64,000 bases of DNA from an uncultured Puniceicoccaceae bacterium (GTDB taxonomy: Bacteria; Verrucomicrobiota; Verrucomicrobiia; Opitutales; Oceanipulchritudinaceae). This document shows, piece by piece, positions 41,622-52,595 of this stretch. The translations under genes were made by a program, and so were the position numbers. The stretch is from NCBI GenBank assembly GCA_963933835.1, contig CAWVVV010000003.1, forward strand, positions 252,271 through 316,270. Reading direction: 5' to 3'. The notes beneath the pieces are model-generated. The model was not told the DNA's origin. It made no database searches and worked only from the letters and a program-made list of their open reading frames with translations. How positions within the stretch are numbered: the first letter of the stretch is position 1; each line of letters starts with the position of its first letter.

Positions 41622-43215
41622 CTACCAGAACACGGCGTAGAGTGCGATGGTCGCGATAACGACACCGATACCACAGATCTTTGCCCCGGTGGAGCTGGTG
41701 AGCTCGATGTCATGATTCTCTGGCATTTTGACCGGCGCAGGGAGTGGCTTCAGAAGGGTCAATACGACCCCAGCAGTGAGGACGATGAAGAAGCAAATCG
41801 CCATGCGATCGAGGAATGCAATTTGATTCGCATACCACCAGCCTTTGGAAACGAGGAACGGCCCGATCAGCCACTTGAAGGCGCCATAAGAGACGACGTT
41901 TAAGCCTATCCCTACCGCGCCGAAATAACGCGGGGTACGAGGAGAGAAGAAACCAAAGATGAAGACCGCGAGAATCCCTGGGGAAATGAATCCTTGGAAC
42001 TCCTGAATGTAGGCAAAGATGCTCGTGAAGTTATCGAGCGCAGGCGCAACCAGACCAGCCATGACGACGAAAAGCACGACAAAGAAGCGACCGACTTTGA
42101 CCAGCTTCTGCGGATCTTTCTCACCGGTGAATTTCGCATACAAATCCATCGTCGCGATCGTAGAAGCTGAATTCAACATCGAGGCCAGTGAGCTGATAAC
42201 AGCGCCGCATAGAGCGGCTAAAACGAATGACGAGAGCAGCGGCAATGGCTGGACCAAGTTTCGAACCAAGACCGGAAATGCCCGGTCGTAGTCGTATTCA
42301 CCGGTCGCAGCATTTAAGAGGTCATGGCTGAATAGGTTGTATGCGAGGATACCAGGAATCACGACAATGAACGGGATGAGGAGTTTGAGGACCGCCGCGA
42401 AGACGATACCTTTCTGACCCTCCGCGAGTGACTTTGATCCAAGCGCCCGCTGGATAATGTATTGATTCAGGCCCCAATAGAAAAAGTTAGGAATCCAGAG
42501 CCCAATCATGAGCGCGGTCCATGGAATATCTGAGTCCGTCGTCGGGCGCACCATGTGCACCTTACCACCCGAACCGTTCGGTCCTTCAAGAGCCACAGCC
42601 TCCCCGTTCACGCCATCATTCAGGAGCATGAAACGCTCCCATCCACCGGCGCCCTCGAGATCAGCTACAGTGGCTTCGGAGTTGGCTACCTTTGTGAGGA
42701 TAAGTTCTTCAGCGGGTTTCTCTGAGAGTGCGCCAAAGGCGAGGAACATCACGATCCCTCCTCCGACGATGAGCCCAATGCCCCAGACCAAATCTGTCCA
42801 CGCACAGGCTTTCAAGCCACCGATAAACACATACACCGCCGCAAAAATTGCGATCGCCCAGCAGACGAAGGTCAGGCTATTGAGCAAGGGCACTTCATTA
42901 AAGTATTCAGAGACGAACTTACCGCCTGAAAAGATGACGGATGAAGTCGCCACAAAGACCAATGTCACGATGGCTGGAATGGCCATCGCAAGGCGGGCCA
43001 CTCCGTCGAAGCGATACTCAAGAAACTCTGGGATGGTGTAGACACCCGCGCGGAGAAATTTCGGCAAAAACCAGAAGGCGACGAAAATCAAGGTGACTGC
43101 AGCCATCCATTCGTAGGAAGCGATCGCCATTCCCAGCCAATTGGCTCTTCCAAATGCCAAGGCCAATAACACCAACAACGGCGACAACGAACAGGATAAC
43201 TTCTAGTGCAATCAT
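41622..43215 (-). pseudogene. Sodium:solute symporter (SGLT-like) with an N-terminal frameshifting deletion
   Basis: TM1 MIALEVILF..GIWKS in the 43215 frame; body from ANWLGMAIASYEW in another frame; conserved DYFLAGR..ISTEQFVG segment absent. Confidence 0.8.
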
Positions 43216-43422
43216 AGTTTTGGGGTAGCGCAGGGGTTATGCAGTAGAGGGGTCCCCGAATGCATATTTATGGATAAAGCAGCCTCTTGCTTCTTCTCTG
43301 AGCCCGATCTTAAGCGGATCCCCTCCCCAAAACCCTCAAGATCAACGCTCGCCCACTAAACAAAAAATTTACGCGCTGCTGCGTTGACCCGCACCCGACT
43401 TCTCGGCTTTCTACTTTTTTCG

Positions 43423-44172
43423 ATGCCCCCAAGTTCGGAAAACACCGCGAGCGCTCCAGCGCCCAAGTATAAACGAATCGTTCTCAAACTCAGCGGAGAA
43501 GCCCTGGGTAACGATCAAGAGAACGAACCGATCGATCCGGAGATCCTTGAGCGTATCTGCCGTGAGGTGAAAGAAGTCTACGATCTGGGCGTGCAAATCG
43601 GTCTCGTCATCGGCGGCGGAAACATTTTTCGAGGCCTCCAAGGCTCAACTAAACGCGGTGTCGCTCGGACCACTGGAGACTACATGGGTATGCTCGCGAC
43701 GGTCATCAACGGCCTCGCCCTGATGGACTGCCTCGAAAAGATCGACGTCCCCGTCCGCGTCCTCAGCGCGATCGAAATGGATCGCGTTGCAGAGCCCTAC
43801 ATCATGCGCCGTGCCGTTCGCCACATGGAGAAGGAGCGCGTCGTGATCTTTGCAGGTGGCACAGGAAACCCTTACTTTTCGACCGATACGACGGCAGCGC
43901 TCCGCGCCAACGAGATCGACGCAGAAGTCGTCTTCAAGGCAACGAAAGTCGACGGCATCTACGACAAAGACCCGATGAAGCACGATGACGCGGTCAAATA
44001 CGACGAAATAGGCTTCGTCGACGCGCTCAAACAGGGCCTCAAGGTGATGGATGCAACCGCCTTTGCGATGTGCATGGATAACAATCTCCCCATCCTCGTT
44101 TTCAACCAAAACGAGCCCGGCTCCATCAAGCGCGCCGTGATGGGCGACAAGATTGGCACGATTGTCCGGTAG
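43423..44172 (+). CDS. pyrH: UMP kinase
   Basis: [33 protein letters not shown]. Confidence 0.97.
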   Translation: MPPSSENTASAPAPKYKRIVLKLSGEALGNDQENEPIDPEILERICREVKEVYDLGVQIGLVIGGGNIFRGLQGSTKRGVARTTGDYMGMLATVINGLALMDCLEKIDVPVRVLSAIEMDRVAEPYIMRRAVRHMEKERVVIFAGGTGNPYFSTDTTAALRANEIDAEVVFKATKVDGIYDKDPMKHDDAVKYDEIGFVDALKQGLKVMDATAFAMCMDNNLPILVFNQNEPGSIKRAVMGDKIGTIVR

Positions 44173-44311
44173 GCGTCCACCACCCGGCAGCTACGGCACT
44201 TTCTCCGAGTGAAGCTCCTCTCCACTTTCCATCTGCCTCCGTGCTTGCTACGACGGACATCACAGCCAACCTTTTGGCTTTCACTTCATTCACCCCATTG
44301 CAACAAGACCT

Positions 44312-44878
44312 ATGGATCTCGATGACATTTTTCTCGAAGCGCAGGACAGTATGGACAAAGCCGTCCAGCATGCCCTGAAGGAATTCTCTAACATCCACAC
44401 TGGCAAAGCGACGCCAGCGATGGTCGACGGGCTCTCCGTTCATATCGAATCCTACGGCACATCGATGCCCCTGCGCGATATCGCCGCCGTCACGACACCT
44501 GACGCCCGCAGCATTCAAATCACGCCTTGGGATCGCACCAATCTCGTTCCGATCGAGAAGGCTATCCAATCAGCCAACCTCGGACTGAATCCCGTCGTGC
44601 GCGGAACCGTCATTTATGTCCCTGTCCCAGAACTCTCTGGTGAGCGGCGCACAGAACTCGTAAAGATCGCCTCCGGTCACGCCGAGGACGGACGCGTTGG
44701 CGTGCGTAAAGCCCGCCAAGCAGCGATGGATCAGCTTAAGGCGCTCAAGTCCGAAGGCCACACGAGCGAAGACGACATCAAACGCGGCGAGGAAAATGTG
44801 CAGGAAGAGACCGACGCCTCCGTCGAAAAGATCAACTCTTCGCTCAAAGCTAAAGAAGCTGAACTGCTCAACGTCTAA
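44312..44878 (+). CDS. frr: Ribosome recycling factor
   Basis: IHTGKATP, ITPWD, IEKAI..ANLGLNP, SEDD; follows pyrH. Confidence 0.96.
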   Translation: MDLDDIFLEAQDSMDKAVQHALKEFSNIHTGKATPAMVDGLSVHIESYGTSMPLRDIAAVTTPDARSIQITPWDRTNLVPIEKAIQSANLGLNPVVRGTVIYVPVPELSGERRTELVKIASGHAEDGRVGVRKARQAAMDQLKALKSEGHTSEDDIKRGEENVQEETDASVEKINSSLKAKEAELLNV

Positions 44879-44901
44879 GCTTCGGAGGAGACCGACGACT
44901 C

Positions 44902-46035
44902 TTGGAAGAAAATCATTCATCGATCCAGTCGACCTCGTTTCTACCCGCTAACATTGAGCGCGTCGTCGTAAAGATCGGCACGCAAACGCTCACAGGCGGT
45001 GGGCGCACGATCGATGTGCGTCGCGTGCAAAGTCTTTGTGCACAGGTCGCTGCCCTGCGTAAGCGTGGCATTGAGGTCATCATTGTGAGCTCCGGCGCCG
45101 TCGGACTCGGGATGGGCGTGCTCGGCTACGAAGAACGCCCAAAAGAACTCGCTAGCCTGCAAGCCTGCGCCGCCATCGGTCAGACCTTGATGATCGAGAC
45201 CTGGCGAAGCTCCCTCTCCAATCATAAGCTCACCGCTGCACAGATCCTCCTCACCCACGAGGACGTTCGCGGGCGAAAGCGTCACCTCTCTGCCGGTCGG
45301 ACCCTCGAACGCCTTCTCGAAATCGGTGCTATTCCGATCGTAAACGAGAACGACACCGTGAGCGCCGATGAGATCAAGTTTGGTGACAACGACCTCCTCA
45401 GTGCTCTCGTTGCAAGCTTGAGCCAAGCTAGCCTCCTTGTCATATTAACGACTGCCCGCGGCCTCCTCGATCTCAGCACCGACAGCCTCATCCCCGTCGT
45501 CGAAGAGATCACACCCGAAATCAAAGCCCTCGCAGGTGGCACCGACGACCCGACCGCGACGGGCGGCATGACGACCAAACTCAGCGCCGCCAATGTCGCC
45601 ATGCGCTCTGGCTGTGGTGTCTTTATCGGCGACGGCCAAGATCCCAATCTTCTACTCCAACTCCTCCAAGGCACGGCCATCGGCACCTTCTTTGTACCCG
45701 ACAAATTATCGCTCGGGGCTCGCAAACGTTGGATCGCCTTCTTCGGTCGAGCAAATGGCTCTGTCGTCATCGACAAAGGCGCAGCCAAAGCCTTGCGCAC
45801 CGATGGTAGCAGCTTGCTCGCCATTGGCGTTACGGCCACCACAGGCAGCTTTGTCGAAAACGATATCGTCACCGTAACCGACGCATCAGGCCAAGTAATC
45901 GCGCGCGGACAGGTCCGCTTCAGTGCCACCGAGCTCGAGTCCCTCATCGGCCTCAGCCGCCAAGAGGTCGAAGCACGCTTTCCCGATCGCAAACACTTCG
46001 AAGTCATCCACCGCGATGACCTTGTGCTGATTTAA
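44902..46035 (+). CDS. proB: Glutamate 5-kinase with PUA domain
   Basis: VVVKIGT, VSSGAV, PIVNEND, FGDNDLL, TGGMTTK, IHRDDLV. Confidence 0.96.
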   Translation: MEENHSSIQSTSFLPANIERVVVKIGTQTLTGGGRTIDVRRVQSLCAQVAALRKRGIEVIIVSSGAVGLGMGVLGYEERPKELASLQACAAIGQTLMIETWRSSLSNHKLTAAQILLTHEDVRGRKRHLSAGRTLERLLEIGAIPIVNENDTVSADEIKFGDNDLLSALVASLSQASLLVILTTARGLLDLSTDSLIPVVEEITPEIKALAGGTDDPTATGGMTTKLSAANVAMRSGCGVFIGDGQDPNLLLQLLQGTAIGTFFVPDKLSLGARKRWIAFFGRANGSVVIDKGAAKALRTDGSSLLAIGVTATTGSFVENDIVTVTDASGQVIARGQVRFSATELESLIGLSRQEVEARFPDRKHFEVIHRDDLVLI

Positions 46036-46039
46036 GTGC

Positions 46040-46140
46040 TGAATGATGAAGAGTGAGTGATGAATACAATTAGATACGTCTGTCTATCGATTCCAAAGGT
46101 CCGCGCCGCGAATCATTCATCACACATGCTTCAAAATTCA
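46040..46140. repeat. Imperfect inverted repeat of heptamer units
   Basis: 46040-46065 versus 46115-46140, 21/26 complementary. Confidence 0.7.
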
Positions 46141-46149
46141 CCCTTATAA

Positions 46150-48207
46150 ATGTTTCACTCGATCGATTTCCGCAGCGATCTGAATGACGAGCAATACGCC
46201 GCCGTCACAGCGCCCGATGGACCCGCCCTCGTGCTCGCTGGAGCTGGATCAGGCAAGACGCGCACCCTCACGTATCGCGTCGCCTTTCTCATCCTTGAGC
46301 AAGGCATCGACCCACGCGATCTTCTCCTCCTCACCTTCACCAATAAAGCGGCTCGCGAGATGGTCGATCGCGTCATGGAGCTCACCGGATCGGCTTATCC
46401 ACCCGCGTGGGGCGGCACATTTCACAGCATCGGCGGGCGTATCCTTCGTCGCCACGGGGATAAAATCGGGCTCAAATCGAGCTATACGATCCTCGACTCG
46501 GGAGATTCCGAAAGTCTCCTAAAGAAGGTCATCAACCATCACGACAAGGCGTATTTAAAAAGTAAGGACAACCCCAAGGCCAAGGTCATACGTGATCTCA
46601 TCAGCTACGCCCGCAATACCCGCGAAGCCGTCGACAGCGTCGCTAAGACGCGCTACCCATGGCTCGAAGCTCTCCCCGGCCAGATCAAATCCTTCGCTGA
46701 GCTTTACGAGGCCGATAAACGCGAGATGCAGGTCACCGACTACGACGACCTGCTCGTTCTCTGGCTTAAGCTACTCAAAGAACACCCCGAGGTTCGCAAC
46801 TTTTACACCGATAAGTTCAAACACGTTCTCGTCGACGAATACCAGGACACTAACTCCCTCCAAAGCGAGATCATCGATCTCCTCTCCCCCCACCACAACA
46901 TCATGGCGGTGGGCGACGATGCGCAGTGTATCTACACTTGGCGCGGCGCGGACTTTGAGAATATCAGTAGTTTTCCTGAGCGACACCCAGACACGACGAT
47001 CTACAAGATCGTGCGCAACTACCGCAGCACGCCGGAAATCCTCGCCCTTGCCAACAGCGTCCTCGCAGCCCAACCCGCTGCTGCTGGTTACGAGAAGGAA
47101 CTCGTTGCCGCTCGCGACCACAGCACAGTGCCCTACGTCGTCCCAGTTATGGATACACGGATGCAGGCACAATTCCTCATCTCCCGCATCGAGGGCCTTT
47201 ACGATGAAGGCTATAAACTCGGCGACATCGCAATCCTCTACCGCGCCCATTTTCAAGCCCTCGAAACTCAACTCGAATTCACTCGAAAAGGTATTCCTTT
47301 TGTCATTACAAGTGGATTGAAATTCTTTGAGCAAGCTCACGTTCGAGATTACATCGCGCAGCTTCGTTTCGTCAGCAACCCCGAGGATTTCACTGCCCTC
47401 GAACGCTTTCTCTGCCTCTTGCCTAAGGTGGGGCCAGCCACCGTGCGTAAGCTTTTAAAGCACTGCCAGAAAGAGATTGAGAAGGCGCGCAAAACCCAGC
47501 GAGAAGCGAGCGGAGATTTCTTCACGCCCGACGATGCGCCCGATCCGACTAGCCTCATCACTGCTCTCGCCCGCGAGGACACGATCGCAAAAGTGCCCGT
47601 CGATGCCCGCGCTGATTACGCCTCCCTCGTCGCCACGCTCCAAGAGCTCGATGGGCTCATGCGCAAAGACACCAGCGGTGTAGACCAAAGCCGCGAGGCT
47701 CCCGGCGAGATTGTCGCGCGCGGAATTGAAGGCTGGTATGGCGACTACCTCTCGACCGTCTACACTGACGCTGATCGACGTCGCGAAGACCTTGAGGGTC
47801 TCGTCTCCTTTGCCCAGCGCTACCATACAATGGCCGAGCTCCTCGCACAACTCGTGCTCCTCAATTCGGAAACGAGCAACAAAAGCGTCGAAGGCCACAC
47901 CGATGACGCCGTGCGCATGAGCACCATCCACCAAGCGAAAGGCCTCGAATACCCCGTCGTCTTTGTCATTGGCTGCGCCGACGAACTTTTCCCCCTCCGC
48001 CGTGCGATTGAAAATGGTGAGGTCGAAGAAGAGCGCCGCCTCTTCTACGTCGCCGTCACCAGAGCGATGGACGAGCTTTACCTAACGATTCCTATCCTGA
48101 CTGGTGGCCGCGGTGGTGGCCCTCTTCGCCTAGAGCCTAGCCGCTTCATCCAAGAGCTCCCTCCAGAACGCTACGAACGCCTCGGCTACAAACCAGCGCG
48201 GTATTGA
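46150..48207 (+). CDS. UvrD/PcrA/Rep family helicase
   Basis: AGAGSGKT, TFTNKAA, DEYQDTN, GDDAQCIY, NYRS, STIHQAKGLE, EERRLFYVAVTRA. Confidence 0.96.
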   Translation: MFHSIDFRSDLNDEQYAAVTAPDGPALVLAGAGSGKTRTLTYRVAFLILEQGIDPRDLLLLTFTNKAAREMVDRVMELTGSAYPPAWGGTFHSIGGRILRRHGDKIGLKSSYTILDSGDSESLLKKVINHHDKAYLKSKDNPKAKVIRDLISYARNTREAVDSVAKTRYPWLEALPGQIKSFAELYEADKREMQVTDYDDLLVLWLKLLKEHPEVRNFYTDKFKHVLVDEYQDTNSLQSEIIDLLSPHHNIMAVGDDAQCIYTWRGADFENISSFPERHPDTTIYKIVRNYRSTPEILALANSVLAAQPAAAGYEKELVAARDHSTVPYVVPVMDTRMQAQFLISRIEGLYDEGYKLGDIAILYRAHFQALETQLEFTRKGIPFVITSGLKFFEQAHVRDYIAQLRFVSNPEDFTALERFLCLLPKVGPATVRKLLKHCQKEIEKARKTQREASGDFFTPDDAPDPTSLITALAREDTIAKVPVDARADYASLVATLQELDGLMRKDTSGVDQSREAPGEIVARGIEGWYGDYLSTVYTDADRRREDLEGLVSFAQRYHTMAELLAQLVLLNSETSNKSVEGHTDDAVRMSTIHQAKGLEYPVVFVIGCADELFPLRRAIENGEVEEERRLFYVAVTRAMDELYLTIPILTGGRGGGPLRLEPSRFIQELPPERYERLGYKPARY

Positions 48208-48237
48208 TTCTTTTGCTCCGTCGGAGGCTACTGACCA

Positions 48238-49437
48238 ATGATAGACTCTCTCTCCGTACAGGAAGCCAGGAAACTGGTCTTGTTATCTCAGAGGGTGCTG
48301 GGGGCGAAGCAAGGCGGACCTGCAACTGCAGCCACGCTGTCAGCGATTGAGCACCTCGGATATATTCAAATTGATGCCATCTCTGTTATTCAGCGTGCTC
48401 ATCACCATACCCTGTGGAATCGAAACCCTCGATACAAAGGCGATCAACTCGATCAACTGATTGGCGATAAGCAGGTTTTTGAATACTGGTCTCATGCCGC
48501 CGCTTACTTGCCTATGCGCGACTACCGGTATAGTCTCCCCCGCAAAGAGGGGCTCGCAAAAGGTGAGCAAAATCATTGGTATGAACGCGATGAGCGGATG
48601 ATGAAATCAGTGCTCAAGCGTATCACCACTGAGGGGCCTTTAATGGCCAAGGACTTCGTGCATACGGGCAAAAGAATCGGAGAATGGAAAACGAAACCAG
48701 CCAAGCGCGCCCTCGAGTATCTGTTTATGCAGGGTGATCTCATGGCACCAAAACGGGTCAATTTTCATAAAGTTTATGATCTTACCGAGCGAGTCTTGCC
48801 TGCTGGCACTGATACCACACGGCCCGACCCAGAGACGTACGCCCGTTTTCTTATTACCCGCTACCTACGGGCAAATGGATTGGGCCAGCCTTCAGAGGTC
48901 GCGTATTTGCAGAATCATACGAAGCAACTTATTTCCAAAACCATGGAAGATATGGTTTCGAGCGGAGAATTGTTAAAGATTCACGTCACAGACAACCTCT
49001 ATTACGCGTTTCCACCTGCCCTAGAATTGCTAAGCAACCCGCTGGCTCGCAGTAAACTGAAGCTACTTTCGCCCTTCGACAACCTGGTCATTCAGCGAAA
49101 GCGCATGAAGGCTCTTTTCGGATTCGACTACCAAATCGAGTGCTATGTCCCCGAAGCTAAACGCCAATACGGCTACTTCTCTCTACCCATTTTGTGGGAT
49201 GGAAAGCTAGTCGGTCGAATGGACTGCAGAACCGAGAGGAACGAAGCCCTGCTGCACATCCACCATCTCTCTATGGATTCCTCAGCCTTGAAAAGAGATG
49301 TATTCTTTCTTGCCCTGCGAAAGGAATTGAAAGCCTTTCTGAAGTTCAACAATTGTAACCAAATCCGGATACACAGAACCACCCCTTCAATGATCAAGCC
49401 GGAGCTTCAGGCAGTGCTCGACGATATTTCGAAATGA
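48238..49437 (+). CDS. YcaQ-like interstrand-crosslink DNA glycosylase
   Basis: IQIDAISVIQRAHH, FEYWSH, LLSPFDNL..QR.R, ECYVP..KRQYGYF. Confidence 0.88.
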   Translation: MIDSLSVQEARKLVLLSQRVLGAKQGGPATAATLSAIEHLGYIQIDAISVIQRAHHHTLWNRNPRYKGDQLDQLIGDKQVFEYWSHAAAYLPMRDYRYSLPRKEGLAKGEQNHWYERDERMMKSVLKRITTEGPLMAKDFVHTGKRIGEWKTKPAKRALEYLFMQGDLMAPKRVNFHKVYDLTERVLPAGTDTTRPDPETYARFLITRYLRANGLGQPSEVAYLQNHTKQLISKTMEDMVSSGELLKIHVTDNLYYAFPPALELLSNPLARSKLKLLSPFDNLVIQRKRMKALFGFDYQIECYVPEAKRQYGYFSLPILWDGKLVGRMDCRTERNEALLHIHHLSMDSSALKRDVFFLALRKELKAFLKFNNCNQIRIHRTTPSMIKPELQAVLDDISK

Positions 49438-49519
49438 GACACTGGCTAAGACTCGATCTGTATGTCACCCCGCGTGCTTGGTCTTTACCTTCGCTCAAAT
49501 AGAAGCGAAACTGTCTCTC

Positions 49520-50278
49520 ATGTCATCGAATAAGAAAGACCAGATATGCGCCCTGCTCAAGGGGATTGAAACGGGCGACCCGGCAGCCGTTACAGTTGTC
49601 AACGAAAGCAAATACATCCAACACAACCCCCTTACACGTGAGGGGAATCTTGGTCTGGCCGAGTTCTTCAAGCGACTGGCTAAAACCTCTCCAAAGGTTG
49701 AGATCGTGCGGGTCTTTGAAGATGGCGACTTCGTCTTTGCGCACACCGATTACGATTTCAATGTCGTTGAAGTGGGCTTTGAGGTTTTTCGATTTGAGGA
49801 CGGGCTCGTCGTCGAACACTGGGATAATCTCCAGTCGAAACCAAGCCGTCCAAATCTCTCCGGTCACACCACTCTTGATGGATCAACGAAGATAACAGAC
49901 CTCGATAAGACGGAGGTGCATCGGGAACTGATTCGGTCATTCCTCGAGGAGGTCTTGCTGAAATCTCAGTTCGAAAGACTGAGCCACTACATCGATCCTG
50001 ACCACTACGTGGAGCATAACCGGCAGATGGAGGACGGCTTTGAAGCACTGCACACTGCGCTCTCAAGCGATCAGCCAAAGCGAAGTTATGAACGGATTCA
50101 TCGCCTCCTTGCAGAAGGAAATTTCGTCCTCTCAGTATGCGAAGGTCACCTCGATGGGGAACATATCTCGTTTTATGACCTTTTTCGTATCGCCGATGGC
50201 AAGGTCGTTGAGCACTGGGACACGATTGATCCCGTTCCCCCGCGCAGTGAATGGGTGAACGACAACGGGAAGTTTTAG
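49520..50278 (+). CDS. Tandem SnoaL/NTF2-like domain protein
   Basis: YIQHNP..EHWD and YVEHN..EHWD duplicated domains. Confidence 0.88.
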   Translation: MSSNKKDQICALLKGIETGDPAAVTVVNESKYIQHNPLTREGNLGLAEFFKRLAKTSPKVEIVRVFEDGDFVFAHTDYDFNVVEVGFEVFRFEDGLVVEHWDNLQSKPSRPNLSGHTTLDGSTKITDLDKTEVHRELIRSFLEEVLLKSQFERLSHYIDPDHYVEHNRQMEDGFEALHTALSSDQPKRSYERIHRLLAEGNFVLSVCEGHLDGEHISFYDLFRIADGKVVEHWDTIDPVPPRSEWVNDNGKF

Positions 50279-50346
50279 CGTGTTGCAATCCGGCCAGCCC
50301 TTTTTCTCTGGATTGACGCCCATCATTGCGAGGCCATCTTAGAGCA

Positions 50347-50808
50347 ATGATTCGGCCCCTCATTCTTTGCCTTAGCTTCATTATTTCACTCTCACTCAGT
50401 GCCGTTACAATCAAAGACGCCTATACGCGTCAGATGGAGACGGAGCAGTTCCAGCGGGTGAGCGAGTTTTTCACCGGCAACGAAAACCCAGGAGGAGCAA
50501 CCATCCTGCGCTCTCAAGAAGAAGAGCGGGACGGGCTCTATTTTCATCTCAAGCTTTCGGAGAAACTCGAAAGCACCGCGGTTGAACATACCTTTGTTCT
50601 CGAGGTTATTCGCAGCGACGCCTTGAAGTTGACTGAATACACCTTCGCTCTCACTGGAAAAGAAGCAGCGAAGAAGCGCGTCATACTCGGTTTAACGGGC
50701 GCGGACTGGCCGGACCCAGAACTACAGGCGATGGCGTGGCGCGTCAGGCTCCTCTCTGGTGAAACTGAGGTGGCGAGTTGGAAGAGTTTCCTTTGGGAAA
50801 TGCCGTAG
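50347..50808 (+). CDS. Secreted hypothetical protein
   Basis: Signal peptide; FQRVSEFFTG..GLYF..GLTGADW..AWRV..SFLW. Confidence 0.75.
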   Translation: MIRPLILCLSFIISLSLSAVTIKDAYTRQMETEQFQRVSEFFTGNENPGGATILRSQEEERDGLYFHLKLSEKLESTAVEHTFVLEVIRSDALKLTEYTFALTGKEAAKKRVILGLTGADWPDPELQAMAWRVRLLSGETEVASWKSFLWEMP

Positions 50809-50814
50809 CCTCAG

Positions 50815-51555
50815 CTACTGTTTCTGAAAGCTAAGATCGTTGAGCAGGCGGTTGATTGTATCCTTGATCGCAGCGCGGTCACGCTCGTCACAGGCGCCGA
50901 GAAGAATGATGAACTCGTTCTTTAGGCCTAGGATGATGCGTTGCTCTGAAGCGCGGCTGCTCGTCTCAGGATTGCCGGCGTAAAAGTAGACAAGATCCCC
51001 AGCACCTCGTTCCGCTCCATAGCTCCATCCATTTCTCTCAAACCACCCTTTTTCAAATCGAAAGGCGCCAAAGCGCAAGAAGCGGACGAGCTGATCTTTC
51101 GGAGTCGCTGCGAAGGTCTCCTGCACGCGCATCCGCGACTGCTTGAGTTCGAGGCTCTCACGCACGGCATCTGTCGCACCTCCAACATTGCGCCGAAGCC
51201 ACAACATTTCACCCGGAATCAAGGCGAAGTCGAAGCCTGTCTCGGTGGTCAAATAAATCGGTTCGAAGTAGCGATAATCCGTCCCTTCGCCACCCCGGAG
51301 ATTTTCAGCCCATGACGCAAGGTAGCTGCGATGGCTCGTGGCCATAACAACCGGATCAGCCCCCGACCGGTCTCCGCTCTGCAATGGCAACGTCGCTCCG
51401 TAAAAGCCAATGTCATCGATACGGATTTTATCGAGCGCTGATGTTTGATCCAGGCGATAGGTCGCACCATCACCTGAACGGCAAGCAATGAAAACAACGA
51501 CGAGGGACAGGCCAAGAAGGGTGTGACAGATAGAGCGACAGCGGAGACAGGACAT
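50815..51555 (-). CDS. Hypothetical protein, probable lipoprotein
   Basis: Hydrophobic stretch ending FIAC. Confidence 0.65.
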   Translation of the reverse strand: MSCLRCRSICHTLLGLSLVVVFIACRSGDGATYRLDQTSALDKIRIDDIGFYGATLPLQSGDRSGADPVVMATSHRSYLASWAENLRGGEGTDYRYFEPIYLTTETGFDFALIPGEMLWLRRNVGGATDAVRESLELKQSRMRVQETFAATPKDQLVRFLRFGAFRFEKGWFERNGWSYGAERGAGDLVYFYAGNPETSSRASEQRIILGLKNEFIILLGACDERDRAAIKDTINRLLNDLSFQKQ

Positions 51556-51633
51556 TGTGACTAAACTAAACGAGAAATGATCACAGGGAGCAAAAGAATT
51601 GCAGCAAGAGGTGCGTTACGATCAGATTCGGAT

Positions 51634-52029
51634 ATGCCCGACATTACGAAGACGTATCATTTCACCCAAGCCATCGATAAAGTCTATATGGCTTGGGTTT
51701 CGGATAAAACCGTCATTCCTCCGGCCGCAGAAATGCGAGTAGAGCCCAAAGTTGGTGGCGAATACACCATCATATGCAAGATGGGTGAGAGCGATTGGGT
51801 GATGAAGGGCATCTTCTCCGAAGTCATTCCCGAGCAACGGCTGGTCTATTCGTGGGAGTAGAATGACGATGGCGAGGTCTCAACCGTGACGGTCAACTTC
51901 AGCACAACGAACGACGGCACCCAGATCGACATTCTTCATGCCAACCTCAGCGAAGCTGCGGTCGAGCCGCATTCAACGGGATGGGATAGCTACGTCAGCG
52001 GATTCGAAAAGCTGATCGCTGAAGCCTAA
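51634..52029 (+). pseudogene. SRPBCC/AHSA1 domain protein with an in-frame TAG
   Basis: KVYMAW..PKVGG..RLVYSWE*NDDGEVSTVTVNF..H..HSTGWDSY; TAG at 51859-51861. Confidence 0.85.
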
Positions 52030-52056
52030 TTCTTAATCTTCGGCTCATTCTGTACC

Positions 52057-52593
52057 ATGCCTACACATCTCTCACTCCTGCGCGGCATCAACGTTGCAGG
52101 TCACCGCAAATTAAAGATGGCCGAACTGACGGCGCTCTACGAAGCGCTCGGATTTACGGAAGTAACGAGCTACCTGCAGAGCGGTAACATCCTCTTTTCT
52201 TCCGCCGACACAGAGGCCGCCCTAGCGAAACGCATCGAAACTGCCCTGCAAAAGACCTTCGGCCTCGATGTTTCTGTGCGGGTGTTTTCGAAGGCAGAAT
52301 GGCTGAGGCTGGCAGCGAACAACCCACTGACTGCGCAACAGGGAGTTGATGCGCAATTTCTCCACCTCACAGTGTTGTTTGAAGAACCGAAAACGGCCGT
52401 CGAAGCAATCCACCTACCACTTTCCGATGACGAGGCGGGGGCCTATGCCAACAACCACTACTACCTCTACTGCCCACATGGCTATGGGCGGACTAAGATC
52501 CATAACAGCTACTTCGAGCGCACCTTGAAAGTCGTTGCGACGACCCGAAACTGGAAAACCGTCCAAGCCCTGAAAGACCGTCTAGCTAGTTAG
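52057..52593 (+). CDS. DUF1697 family protein
   Basis: LLRGINVAG, SYLQSGNILF, ATTRNWKT. Confidence 0.92.
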   Translation: MPTHLSLLRGINVAGHRKLKMAELTALYEALGFTEVTSYLQSGNILFSSADTEAALAKRIETALQKTFGLDVSVRVFSKAEWLRLAANNPLTAQQGVDAQFLHLTVLFEEPKTAVEAIHLPLSDDEAGAYANNHYYLYCPHGYGRTKIHNSYFERTLKVVATTRNWKTVQALKDRLAS

Positions 52594-52595
52594 GG

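Noticed and set aside
30045..51861. TAG recoding or readthrough suggested by in-frame TAGs at 30045 and 51859
   Set aside because: TAG is the normal stop of many intact genes here (valS, pyrH, ilvE), one of the two genes also has an in-frame TAA, and no suppressor tRNA or pyl genes are seen
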